A stretch of 64,000 bases of DNA from the NCBI RefSeq assembly GCF_963921235.1, contig NC_086109.1, positions 83,080,001-83,144,000 on the forward strand, written 5' to 3'. Both the position numbers and the translations under genes were made by a program. The DNA is from Mobula hypostoma (lineage: Eukaryota). This document shows positions 1 to 13,424 of this stretch, in pieces (the stretch's first letter is position 1; the number at the start of each line of letters is the position of its first letter). Below the pieces are notes generated by a model, which had not been told where the DNA came from, made no database searches, and was given only the letters and a program-made list of their open reading frames with translations.

Positions 1-99
1 CTTAGGTTTACTTTGATCAGCTCCTGGATTCCGAGTTTCTTGTAATGATTTAAACGGAAGCCCGATTAGCGTTAACTGCGATTTCACCAATCAACTTCC

Positions 100-300
100 T
101 AACTATTTACGACATCTCTCCCCTTCCCAGTTTCAACTACCACTTTATGTTTCTCTCTCTCCTCCCCCACTTCTTAAATCTACTTCTCATCTATTTTTTT
201 CTCCAGTTCTGCCGAAGAGTCTCGAAACGTCAACTCTACTTTTTTCCATAGATGCTCTATGGCCTGCTGAGTTCCACCAGCATTTCATGTGTGTTGCTTC
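100..300 (+). mobile_element. Penelope 3' end / pLTR with degenerate hammerhead
   Basis: Pyrimidine-rich tract, then cagttctgccgaagagtctcgaaacgtcaact; duplicate at about 36150-36350. Confidence 0.65.
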
Positions 301-1577
301 CACCTCCTTACACTCCTTGTTGACATGGGCTGCCGCTGGACAAGAGGTAATTACCTGGGTGTTAACAGGACAGGTTGTGATCAGATTTCCAAGCAGGGGA
401 AGGGTATGTATGCATCCTTTACTTTTGCAAACAGAAAGTCCAGTGCTCCATGCCCCCTGTAGGGAAGCTGACATATTGATATAAAGTTGCTATTGTTGCC
501 TCGAGGGAAACATGATTGAAATACCCGGTAACAGCCAACAGAAGCAAAAACATTAGAGTTCGTATTTTAACAAAGTTGGAAACAATAGCATCGCAAACTA
601 CATTCACATCAACCAATAGTTGGATGTAAACTGCAACTAAAACGGCAGTTGAGTGAGAATTCCCGTACATTACACCCAATATCAGGTTTATTCATATTCA
701 AAATCATTTACAGTTATAATAAATACCAAAAATGCTGACATAGATCGGTGGGACCCCACACTAGTCACAGCCCTCCAATCAGAGAATTGACATTCTTCTT
801 CCTATCGAAATAACTCTGAATCCACCTCACAAGCTCCCATGAATCCCATGTGACCAAACTGTCGAAAGTCCGCCTGCCACACAGGACCTTGTAAAGTCCA
901 AAATTGATTCCATATTGACAACCTTCATCGCTCTAACTGCATCCAAGCTCTTCCTTACCTCCCTAAAAAGCTCAAAATGATGTTGCAGGTACAACTTCCG
1001 AATGGGCTGTGCTGAATGAGTTCCCTTCATGGAGCGTACATTGTCAACTCTAGCTGAGCGGGCACTGGAAATCAGAACTTCGTTCCCTAACATATTCCCT
1101 GAGTTGGTAATTTTAAAATGTTTCTACACAAATGCATTGTAAACATACTCAGCCTCAAGCTGGTTATAAAATGTACCCAAAAATAACCAGGATTAGAGAA
1201 GTAATTACAATTTTACACTTACTAATAAAGAACACATCATGAGTGATAGAAAGAATTTCTTTGATGCCGCAAACACGAGGAAATCTGGAGATGCTGGAAA
1301 TTCTTCCTATAGATGCTGCCTGGCCTGCTGCGTTCCACAAGCATTTTGTCTGTGTTTCTTTCATGTTGTTGTGATTTCAGCAAAGGAAAAGTGACCTGCA
1401 TTTCTCGGCTCTTTGGAGACAAGTCTAGGAGATTGGGTCATATTCAATGTGATACATTCACTTTTTCTTCAGTCCTGCCGGATGTTTTTATCAGTATGAA
1501 CAATGTTGTTTGGCTTGTATCTCCTGAGTCAGCACAGAAGTCAAAGTCAAGATTATTGCCAGACGCACAAGTATGTA

Positions 1578-2560
1578 CATTAGATTAAATTAGATTCAAC
1601 TTTATTGTCATTGTGAGAGTACAGATACAAAGCCAATGAAATGCAATTAGCATCTGACCAGAAGTGCAAAAGAATTGTATTATTTACAAAATAACTGCAA
1701 AGAAAAAGTAAATGCTACAGCATACAATTATAACAGTACTGAGACGGTCCAGTATGGGTGCAATACTGCTTAGTGCTGTGATGAGAGGTTCAGCAGAGTC
1801 ACAGACTCAGGGAAGAAGCTCTTCCTGTGCCTGCTGGTGCGAGAGCAGAGGCTTCTGTAGCGCCTACCAGATGGGAGGAAAGTGAAACGTCCATGATTAG
1901 GGTGAGATGCATCCTTGAAGATGCTTTTCTCCCTGCCCAGGCAGCGTTAATGGTGGATGTTGTCAATGGTGGGCAATTGGGTGCTGATAATCCGCTGGGC
2001 AGTTTTCACCACCCACTGGAGTGCTTTGCGGTCCAATACCGGACAATTGCCATACCACACTGAGATGCAGTTGGTGAGTATGCTCTCAATGCTACAGCAG
2101 TAAAAGTCCGTCAGTATCCTGGGACAGAGGTGAAGGTAATGTTGCGCCTTTTTGATCAGGATGGAGGAGTTCAGGGACCAGGTGAGATAATCAGAAGTGT
2201 GGACATCAAGGAATTTGAAACTTGATACACCCTCCACTACAGCTCCGTTGATGTAGATGGGGACATGAGTGTGGCTCCTAGCATGCCTGATGTCCACGAT
2301 AATCTCCTTGGTCTTCTGGGTGTTAAAAGTCAAGTTGTTATCGGCACACCATGCGGCCAGGTGCTGGACCTCATCCCTGTAGGCCGTCTCGTCATCCCCT
2401 CTGATCAGACAAACCACCGTGGTGTCATCTGCGAACTTGATTATGGAGTTAGAACCGTGTACAGGAACGCAGTCATAGGTGATAAAGGACTACAGAAGAG
2501 GGCTCAGCACGCAGCCTTGATGCACGTCGGTATTCAGTGTGAAAATGGAGGAGAAGAGGT
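1578..2560 (-). mobile_element. Rex1/Babar-type LINE 3' fragment
   Basis: DETAYRDEVQHLAAWCADNNL..KTKEIIVD..SIESILTNCISVWYG; tail at about 1580. Confidence 0.85.
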
Positions 2561-5500
2561 TGTATAACTCATGCACAGGCATAAATGAAAAACTTGGCTT
2601 CAAGCAGCATTACAGGCACATGTAAGCAACATTCACAGGGAAACACAAATTAAACCTAAATTTAAACCCTTGACTCTGGAATTCCATATTTCCAGGCACA
2701 GAATCGCATGAACAAACTTTTAAAGTGACTTTGACCCTACTTTATTAAGAGGGTTCAAGGAATTCAAGAAGATTCCTGGAAAATTTTGGCTCGTGAAGCT
2801 TCTAATCTCCCGTGTGTACATAAGATATGACATAGCAGAGGTTTGAACTCTGATCACCTGTTATTTAGACCAACACACAGAAAATGTTGGAGCAACGCAG
2901 CAGTTCAGGCAGCATTCATGCCATATGAAAGATCTATGGAGAATAAGAAACATCAACGTTTTGTGCTAAGACCCTTCATTAAGAATCCCATCAGAGGAAA
3001 GAGGGGTGTTGGTGTGTTTTCTTGGCTGTAACATAAGTGTGGTTGGAGCAGGACAGGTTATTGGTGATTTTTGTTCCTCAGAACTTGAAGTTCTAAATCC
3101 TCTCAACCTCAGTACCTTTGATGTAGACAAGAGCACGCTTATAGCCCTCCTTTCAGATGTCAAACAACAGTTCTTTTGTTCTGCTGACATTGAATGAAAG
3201 GGTATTGTCATGGCACCATTTTCCGCAGCTATCGATTTACTTCTTGTACACTAACATACCATTATTTGAGATATAGATCTCTACAGTGGTAGCATCTGCA
3301 AACTTGTAGATGGAGCTGGAGCAGAACCTGGCCATGTAGTTATGAGTGCAAAGGGAGTAGAGTGGGAGGAAGTGTAACAAACTGCACTGTGTATCTCTCT
3401 TGAATTTACCTCCTCTCACCTTTAATTCATGTATTCCATTATTCAACACCATGCATCTCAATATGTTATAAATGACTCTCAGGTTTTCCCTCATATTCCG
3501 ATGCTCCAGAGAAAACAACCTGGGTTTGTCCAGCCGAACTGGACAGTTGCCTTCCAACACTTAAGGAGTCCACATTACAATGTTGTGGCCATCTGACTGC
3601 CTTCTTCCTCTGCGTCAACTTTTCTTCATTTACTGATCTCATGAATTTCAACCTCAGTTATTTTTCAATTAAAACATTGTATTATGCCATCCACTTATTT
3701 TCTGTATCAAAGTGCCCACTAATAAGTTTTCTTCCTCTACCACTGAACAAAGTGCCTTGTTTACTTTTAGTTATTACAGATAGTAAATTTGTCAAGTTAT
3801 CTCCCCTGTGTTCATTGACCTTTCACCTCTCTGTGTTGTTTAACTTTATCTTTGCTTTCACATCCTTCCATGATCTTTCCTTTCCTCACCTCCGTAAACT
3901 CTTCTGACCCACAACAGTCCAGAACTCTCCACTTTTGTAACATTGACATCAATTTTTTGCAAGTCTCCTGCACTCCACCATTGACAATGGTGTCTTCAGC
4001 TGCTTGATCCCTTGGTCATGGAATCTTAATCATTAGACACCTTCTTTCTTGCAAAGTTCCTCAAGACAGTCTCAGTCATTTTGCTGCATTTATGTTCACT
4101 ATATTCATTCTGTTGTCCGACAGGAATGTAAAATAGTTAAATAATCAAATAGAGATGTAACATTCCAGAATTCCACAGCCTCTTCTCATCACCATCATTA
4201 GGGAGGAGATACAGAAGCCTGAAGGCACAGCCTCAGCATCTTAGGAACAACCCTGAACTGATTCCACAACTATGGACTCACTTTCAAGGACTCTTTACAA
4301 CTCATGTTGTCGGTATTATATTTTTTGCTTTGCACAATTTATCTTCTTTTGCACATTTGTTGCTTGTCAGTCACTGTAAGATTCAAGATTTTGATTTTGA
4401 GACAAATAATGCTAATCTAATAAGTCTTTAAAATAATCTTTAGTCTTGAGGTTCATTGAAAATATTGCAGCACAGATTCACTATTCTTAGCAAGTATATT
4501 AACACTAATGAAATCTAAATGTCAATGTCCAGTTTATTGTCATACCCAAACATATATGTATGTAGAGTTTTAATGAGAAACTTGCTTGCAGCAATGTCAA
4601 AGGCACGTAGATGCAACATTTACAAGAAAAACAGAGATTAACAATGTAGATTATACATTTTTTACAAGAACGACTGCAATTAGAATAAAATTAACAAAGG
4701 CCATTGCCGTACAATGTGATTATGTTGTTGTACTTAGCTAGTGATTATGATTGTACAGGTTGATTTAATAACTGATTTATTAAAGGGTTGTAACTGTTCT
4801 TGAACTTGGTTGTGTGGGTGAACCACTTGCCCAATGGTAGTTGAGAGAAAATGCCATGACCCGGATTATAGGGATCATTGGCAGATGTTACTTTCTTCAG
4901 GTAGCGCTTCTTGTAGATACTCCTGATGGTGGGTTGGGATGTACCTGTGATATAGACAAAGATGCTAGAATGCTTTCCTTGTGATTGCATCGATAATTGC
5001 ATCTATGAGCTGGGCCAAGGACAGGTCATCTGTTATGTTCGGAATCTAGGAACACCTAGGAGTATCAAGCTGCTGACATCTTCCAGCTCTAACCCAACAA
5101 CCTGGACCAGTGCATCTTCACCCAACTCTCCATTCCTGAAGAGGGCAGATGGGCTCGTGATTCAGATCATGCATGAGCTAACTGATGAGTGAACCAGCCT
5201 GAGAGTTGACTAACTTATAGCATAATTAACAAAAAAGGCACAGGAAAGGTCACATCTGCTAGTGAATCACAAAAATTTGTGGCCCAGTGAAAGGAAATTA
5301 CTTAATTTCGCATAACAGTAGATGACCTTGGTTTTCCCCTGTAAAATAGAAAATCAAAGAGATTGCAAATGGTGGAAATATGGAAGAGACACACAAAATG
5401 CTGGAAGAACTCCACAGGTCAAGCAGCATCAACAGGTGTGGGGGGAGGGAGCGGAATGAAGTGACAAATTTTCAAGCAAAGACCCTACATCTGGACTCAA

Positions 5501-5704
5501 AAGAAACGTGCAGAATCCAAAATGAAAGAGTGGTGAGAGGGAGTAGCAAAAGCTGCCTAGTGATAGGTGAATCCGGGGTAGGAAGTTGGAAGAAAGGGAA
5601 TGAGGTGAGAACCTGGCAAGTGACTAGTGGAAAAGGCAATGGGAAAAAGAAAAAGGAATCTGATAGGAGAGGACAATAGACCATAGAATAAAGGGAAGGA
5701 GCAA

Positions 5705-6225
5705 CACATCCCTTTTGTAGTAGTCATTCCTCCTCCGGAAGAGATACTAATGATCAGAAATCTGAAACCCTGTCCTCTGTACCATTCCCTCGGCCACACA
5801 TTCATCTGCCAAACCATCCTATTCTTACCCTCACTGGTGCGTGGCATGGGTAGCAACCCAGAGATTACTACCCTGGAGGTCCTGCTTTGCAGCTTTCTAT
5901 CAAGCTCCCTAAATTCCCTCACCATTCTGCCTATGTCATTACTACCAACATGTACCAAGACTTCTGACTGCTCACCCTCCCTCTTTAGACTGCTGTGGAC
6001 CCAATTCGTGACATCCCTGCCCTGTCACCTGGGAGGCAACGTACCATCTGGGTGTCTCAATCACGCCATAGATTCACGTCTCTATTAATCTCCTATCAGC
6101 ATTGCAGACCTCTTCACCTCTCTTCTGATTCAGCGTCAGAAACCCGGTCACTGCAGCTTCCACTGGTGGGTCAAGCCCCTCAATGGTATCCAAAGTGGTA
6201 GACTTATTATTGAGGGGACAGCTAC
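5705..6225 (-). mobile_element. CR1 ORF1 esterase (SGNH) fragment
   Basis: VHVGSNDIGR..RVVISGLLP in ORF 5557-5958. Confidence 0.8.
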
Positions 6226-6972
6226 TGCAGAATAGCCATCTGCTTTGACAACTGAGTCCTTCATGAGATCTGTAGATTATTAATTAGCTTGGAGGGAAGT
6301 TACATGCTGCAAATTGCAGAGAGAGTAATTCAAAATAGGTATATCAAAGAGTATATTTACAACTACTGTTTGCAGTCGACAGAACATTGCCAATGATCAC
6401 TGCTGCCATCTTACAAGCAGCGAAACAGACTGCAAATCACTGAACCTGGGGATCTGAAACTCCTTCTGAGTGGTGTCCAGCCAGATGTTGAGAGGCTGTT
6501 GTCATTGCATGAAGCCCATCAATCTCACAGAAAGGTGAAAATACAATGAACTTACAGTGAATGACTGAACTACCAATGAACACTCTGAAATTCTTAATGA
6601 AAATTGCTTTCACTGTAATCAAATAAATAAATAATTTTATTTGTCACTTTGAAAAACGCAATAATTTTTGCAATTATTTGTCACTGCTTTAAATTTGCAG
6701 TTCCAATTTCTTTAACTGTGCATCATAAAAGGAATTTTTTAAATAGTTTATGTGTACTAGCCAGAAAGAGAGAGGAGGGCACTGGATACGTGCTTAGAGA
6801 GCCCAGAGGGCAGTAACCCAAAAAATGGCTGCAAATCACTGCTTCAACTATTTTACTACTCCTGATTATTATTTCCATAATATCAGGTTCCATGGATTAT
6901 CTGCAGGAAAAACATCTTCAATTAATTTTTAAAAACAGAAAACTACATCTCCCAACATAAAATAGGTTAACC

Positions 6973-8373
6973 TTCCTCAGTCTTTTGCTTTCTTCTATAT
7001 CCAGAATGACAAAGTTTCTTCAGTGCTACAACCACCAGCACTGCGACCATGAATAACAGGGACAACAGAAAAACCATCACCTCCACACAATTAAAAGGAA
7101 TTCTGCAGATGCAGGAAATTCAAGCAACACACATCAAAGTTGCTGATGAACGCAGCAGGCCAGGCAGCATCTCTAGGAAGAGGCACAGTCGACGTTGAGT
7201 CCTGACAAAGGGTCTCAGCCTGAAACATCAACTGTACCTCTTCCTAGCGATGCTGCCTGGCCTGCTGCGTTCACCAGCAACTTTGGTGGGTGTTACCTCC
7301 ACACAATAGTAAGTGGACCAGGGCAGTCGGTAGGATTCAAAGCGCAAATGCCCTGCTCCTTTGTGTCAGGCAACGTACTCCATCCAGAAAACGGCTCACT
7401 TCATTGGCGACCCTGGTTGGTCTCGGTGGAGAGCAGAGAGTTTCTTCATGTTGTCCCGGAAAAGTGTGTCATTTATCACCTCATTAAGTGCCTGCAATAG
7501 ATCTGTTGAATGCATTGTTGAAATCTTAAGTACCTTGGCTACACTTTGGGATACAAGTCTGACTACATTGTCAAACTGGTCAAAAATGAGAGGCATGCTG
7601 ATCACTGGCACACCATGGTAAATGCCATTGGTACCACCATGAGAAATGAAGACTCGTGTGTTGGGGTGTCTCAGAAGGTCGTTCTGAGGGATCCATTCTG
7701 TCAGTAGTTTATGGGAGGGATTCCCCATCATATCTCCAAATAACCTTCTGGGGTACTTGAGCAAAGCCTCAGCTATTTCCATTCTAATCTGCTCAGACAA
7801 GGAATCTACCAATGCCCCCAGTGACATCACAATAAGTTCATGCTCCTCACAGCCCTGAACAAACTCTTCAGACTCTGCTGCTAGTGGACGGGCTAGTTTA
7901 CACTGGAAGCCTCCAATGTACACAATATTTGGCATGGTGGGTCTTGGGAATTCAAACACAATATCAACCATCATTAGCAACACATCAGCCCTCAGAGAAG
8001 TGCTTGAATGTCTGTGTCTGGTCACAGATATTGATGACAGATTTCATTATAAATTGGGTATACATAAAATTCTGCAAATACTAGTTGAAGAAGATTCAGC
8101 ATGAAGTTACCTACTGTTTGGATAAAATTCATATTATCTGTCAGTTGTGAGCCAGGTTTTGGGACATAGGAAAGTGGTGATGGGGCAGAGAAGAAATGGG
8201 CTTCCTCACTTATCTGCCATTGAACATTGTACACCTGCGGGATTTTTAAATAATGAGAAAGCATTGGTCCAGTACCAAGAACAGGATCTGTAAGTATTAA
8301 GTCAAAGTTTGCACTTTCAAGTTGTTTGAACAGTGTTTTGTTTCCAAAAACTGCAATACTAAAAGCTTGATTC
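6973..8373 (-). pseudogene. 5'-truncated UGT5-type pseudogene D
   Basis: ORFs 8022-8384 and 7396-8025 carry [24 protein letters not shown]; frameshifts, small deletions, premature stop, lost stop codon, pLTR insertion at 7092-7294; about 135 N-terminal codons missing. Confidence 0.9.
7092..7294. mobile_element. Palindromic Penelope pLTR insertion in UGT pseudogene D
   Basis: 13-bp TSD acctccacacaat (7079-7091, 7295-7307); empty site at about 41917; degenerate hammerhead at about 7198-7233. Confidence 0.88.
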
Positions 8374-8579
8374 AAATGCATCATCTCACAGTTATGTAAG
8401 TTAAATTACATATCCCGTTCCTCCGCCCATCTCTCGAAGTGATCTCTGGAATTCATTATAATTTGCTTCATTATCAAGAAGCCCACGAAACATTGTAATT
8501 GCACTAAAGCTGTTAAACATGTCATGTACATTCATATTCCAAATAATTTACATTTATAACAAATAACAAAGATTATAAT

Positions 8580-10370
8580 GTAAAGGAGCCCTTTGAGGGC
8601 AGTGATTATAATATGATTGAATTCATACTGCTGTTTGAGAGGGAGAAGCACAGGTCACATGTATCAGTAGCGCAATGAAATAAAGAAATTTTGGACCACT
8701 GGACAATGATGCTAATGAGGTATTATTGGGAGATAAAGAAATGGCAGGTGAATTTAATGGGTACATTGCATCTGTCTTTACAGTGGAAGACACTAGCAGT
8801 GTACCAGAGGTCTGTGATTGTCAGGGAGCGGGAATGCTATAAAAAGAAAAAAATGCCAGGCAAACTGAAAGTTCTTAAGGTGGATAAGTCAGCTAGACCA
8901 GATGGACTACGTCCCAGTGTCCTGAAAGAGGTTGGTGAAGAGATAATGGATGTATTGGTCATGATCTTTCAAGAATCACTTGATTCTAGAATGACCCTGG
9001 AGGACTGGATGATTACAAATGTCACTCCACTCTAAGAAGGGAGTAAGGCAGAAGAAAAAGGAAATTACAGGACATTTAGCTGAATCTCAGTGGTTGTAAA
9101 ATTGTTGGAGTCTATTATTAAGGATGAGCTTTCGGGGTACTTGGAGAATAATGATAAAATAAAGTCAAAGTCAGCATGGTTTCTGTGAAGGGAACTTTTG
9201 CCTGATAAATCTCTTAGAGCTCTTTGAGGAAGTAACAAGCAGGATGGACAAGGGAGAGGCAGTGGATGTCATTTACTTGGATTTTAAGTAGGCATTTGAT
9301 AAGGTGCCAAACATGAGGCTGCTTAACAAGACAAGATCCAGGGCGTTACAGGACAGACACTGGCATGGATAGAGGAATGTCTGACAGGTAGGATGCAGTG
9401 AGTGAGCAGGGCCTTTTCTGCTTGGGTACCATTGACATGTGGTGTTCCTCAGGAGTCAGTATTGGGACTGCTACTTTTCACATTGTTTTTCAATGGTTTG
9501 GATAATGGAATTGATGTATTTGTGGCAAAGTTAGCAGATGATTCACAGATTGGTGGAGGGGTAGATAGTCCTGAGGAAGCAATGTGATTGCAGCAGGACT
9601 TACACAAATTGGAAGAATGCGCAAAAATGTCGAAGATGGAATACAGTGTTGGGAAATGTACAATAATGCATCTTGATAAAAGGTGGAATAGTGTGGAATA
9701 TTATCTAAATGGGGAGAAGGTTCAAACATCAGAGTTGCAGAGGGACTTACGAGTCCTCGTGCAAGACTCCCAGGTTTATTTACAGGTTGCGTCTGTGGCA
9801 AAGAAAGCAAATGCAATGTTAGCACTTATTTCAAGGGAAATGGAATATAAAAGCAAAGAGATAATGCTGAACTTTTATAAGACATTAGTCAGGCCACAAT
9901 TGTTGTATTGTCAATAGTTTTGGGTCCCATATCTCAGAAGGGATGTGTTATTATTGGAGAGAGGCAAGAAGAGGTTCACAAGGACGATTTTAGGAATGAA
10001 AGGGTTAACTTATGCGGTGTGTATGGCAGCTCTGGGCCTGTACTCACTGGAATTTAGAAGAATGCATGGGGATCTCATTGAAACCTACCCAATGTTGAAA
10101 GGACTGTATAGGGTGAATGTGGGAATGATGTTTCCTAACATGGGGCTGTCCAGTACTAGAGGCCACAGCCTCAAAATTGACGGGTGACCTTTTAGAACAT
10201 AATTATTTTAGCCACAGACTAGTGAATCAGTGGAGTGCTTTGCCACAGATTGCAGTGGAGGCCAAGTCTCTGGGTAGACGGGATTCGGGATCAGCCATGA
10301 TGGAATGGCGGAGCAGACTCGATGGGCTGCTCCTAATTCTACTCCGATGTCTTTTGGTCTTATGGTCTTA
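8580..10370 (+). mobile_element. CR1-clade LINE ORF2 (decayed)
   Basis: KVDKS.RPDGLRPSVLKE, GVPQESVLG, KLADD, YKTLVRPQL, 3' (ggtctta) tail. Confidence 0.9.
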
Positions 10371-11452
10371 TAACACTGATCGGAGGGCCCCCACGCCCTC
10401 CAGTTGGAGAATCGGCATTCTAATTCTTACCCCACTCGAGTGATATCCCCTCAGTCAGAGAATTGACTTCCTGCTTCCTCACATCGAACCAGGTCTGAAT
10501 ACACCTCAGTAGCTCCCCCTGAATCCCATGCGACCGAACCTTCCAAAATCGGACTGCCATGTAGGACCTCGTAATCTTCTTAATGAAATTAAACATTCTC
10601 CACTGCCCTAATTTCATGAATTCTTATAGTTATCTCCCTGAAAAGTTTTAAAGGATTTCGGAGATGTGACCTCCCAATCAGCTGTGCTGAATGAACTACT
10701 TCCCTTCATGGAACGTACATTGTCGACTCTTGCTCAGTGGGTGCTGGAAATCAGAATTTCCGTTCCGTAACATCTGCCCTGAGGTGGCAATTTTAATATG
10801 TTTCGACACAAGTGCATTGCAAATGTACTCAGTCTCAACTAGTTAAAAAATGCATCTAAACTAACCTCGGTTCGAGATAAAATTACAATTGTACACTTAC
10901 CGGTAAAGAACACCTTGCGAGTACAGTAATAGAAAGTTTTTCTTTGAAGTTGTGATTTCAGCAGACAAAAGGTGACCTGCAAATATCAGCTGTTTCGTGA
11001 CAAAGTCTTGGAGATTGGGTAAAACCGAGTGCGATGCGTTCTCATTCAGTTCAGACCTGCCGAATGTTTTTATCAGAATGAACAACTTTGTTTGGCTCGT
11101 ATCACATGTGTCAGAACAGAGTCCAATTCAAAGTAATGGTCAAGTTTATTGCCAAATGCACAAGTACATCTACGCACAGCTGCAATGAAAAACTTAGATT
11201 CAAGCAACATTACAGGACATATTAGCGGCGTCGACAGGGAAATATTAATAAAGGATAAATGCAACCTCTTGATTCTCTAATTCCAAATTGCTCAGAATAT
11301 AAGCACATGAACAAACTTTTAAAGTAACTTTATTTTATTAAGATGTGCTTTGTGACAATCAAAAAGTTTCTCAGGAATTTTGGCTCATGAAGCTTCTAAG
11401 TTGTATTGCTGCTGTGGAGGGATTTGAAAGCAGACCGTTTGTTATTTAGACC

Positions 11453-11645
11453 AACACACACAAAATACCGGAGAAACACAGCAGTTCTGGCAGCATCTAT
11501 GGAAAGGTATTAACAATCGACATCTTGGGCCAAGACCCTTCATCAGCATACCCTCTATGATCAATCCTGATGAAGGGTCTTGTCCTAAAATGTTGGCTGT
11601 TTATTCCTCTCCATAGATACTGCCCGAATTGCTGAGACCCTCCAG
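11453..11645. mobile_element. Older palindromic pLTR remnant
   Basis: Imperfect inverted arms with CTGATGAAGGGTC; orthologous copies at about 27778-28025 and 46175-46420. Confidence 0.7.
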
Positions 11646-11846
11646 AAGTTGATCTTCTTCCCGCGCTGACATGGCTGACGCGTGCGTAGTGACCTCGCGT
11701 GCGTTCAAGCTCAACAGTGGCCGTGACAGGGAATGATGAAAGGTGCAGCTGACTCGTATCGCCAAATCATATCGCTTCCTCACGGCCTGGTAGCGCATGC
11801 TTTGCGACCCAGTACCGGTCCGCAGCCCGGTGGTTGGAGACCGCTG
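11644..11846 (-). mobile_element. One-ended Buster hAT fragment, copy-specific
   Basis: Matches 21450-21634 and ends in TIR ggttggagaccgctg; absent in paralogs at about 27970-28090 and 46370-46490. Confidence 0.8.
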
Positions 11847-12104
11847 CTGTAAGGTATTACATCTTGACCCCAGGTTGTGGTCTCCTCTGTATTGGAGAAA
11901 CTGTATGCAGATTGGATGATGACAGCAGAATATCTTCAATCAATCTTCAGGAATACCTCTGAGCATCCATTTCCTCCTCACTTCATTTTCCATCCCACTC
12001 ACTCTCTCATAAGGGTACAAATAGAGGTGGCTACTATATTATTGGACTCTTAATTCTACCTCTCTCACTTACTTACTACTGCCTAAGAAGTGACTGAGAT
12101 CCAT

Positions 12105-13423
12105 GCCAATTTGTCTACAAGAGCAACAAGACTACAGCTGATGCCAACTCACTGGCACTTCATTCAACTCTGGAACATCTGGACAGCAAAGACGCATAGA
12201 TCAGATTGCTCTTTATAGACTGCAGTTCGGCATCCACAACCTGGGGTCTAGATGTAATACCTCAAAACTAATCAACAAGCTCCAAGATCTTGGTCTCAAT
12301 ACCTCCTCGTGCAATTGGATTTCCTTACTTGCAGGCCCCAGTCAGTTCGGATTGGCAACAACATCTCCTTCATAATCTCCATCAGCACTGGTGCAGCACA
12401 AAGCCCTTTGCTTAACCTCCTGCTCTACTCACTTTACACTTCTGACTGTGTGGTTAAGCACAGCTCCAATGCCATATTCAAGTATGCTGATAACACCACC
12501 ATCGTAGGCCAAATCAAAGGTGGTGATGAATCAACATATAGGAGGGAGACAGAAAATCTGGCTGAGTGGTGTTATAATCACAATCTCTTACACAATGTTA
12601 GCAAGACCAAGAAACAGATTGTAGACCAAGAGAAGAAAACCAGAGGCCCAGGATCCAGGCCTCATCAGAGGATTAGAGCTAGAGAGGGTGAGCAGCTTTA
12701 AATTCCTAGGTGTTATTATTTTGGAGGAACTGTCCTGGGCCCATCATATTAAGAAAGAACAACAGCACCTCTATGCTCTTAGGAGTTGTAGAGATCCAGC
12801 ATGACATCTAAAACTTTGAAAATCTTTTGTAGATGCACTGTAGAGAGTATATTGACTGGCTGCATCACAGCCTGGTACGGAAACACTAATACCCTTCAAC
12901 AGAAAATCCTACAGAGATTAGTTGATATTGACCCAGACCCAACCAACCACGGAGCATATTTACACAAAACGCTGCAAGAGGAACGCAGCATCCATCATCA
13001 GGAACCCTCAAAATCTAGGACATGGTGTCTTCCCACTGCTGTCATCAGGAAGAAGGTTCAAGAGCCTCACGACTTTCACTACCTGGTTCAGGAGATTTAC
13101 TATCCACGAACCATCAAGCTCTAGAATCAAATGGTTCAGCTTCATTTTTCCCATCATTGAAATGTTCCCACAACCTATAAATTCACTTTCAAGGACTGTT
13201 CATCTCATGTTTTCAATATTTGTTGCTTATTTATTTATTAATATTACTTCTTCTTTCTGTGTTTGCACACTTTCTAGTATTCTATACTCTGGTTGAACGC
13301 CCTAGTTGGGTATTGTATTGATTCTGTTATGGTTATTATTCTATAGATTTATTGAGAGGGCCCATAGGTTATATATGGTGACATACAGTATATGTCCTCA
13401 GATAATAAAATTTACTTTGAATT
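12105..13423 (+). mobile_element. Rex1/Babar-type LINE
   Basis: LDFLTCRPQSVRIG..KYADNTTIVG..VESILTGCITAWYG. Confidence 0.85.
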
Positions 13424-13424
13424 T

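Noticed and set aside
187-6622. Numerous 60-130 aa ORFs
   Set aside because: TE fragments or chance ORFs, many with non-ATG starts; no recognisable host domains.
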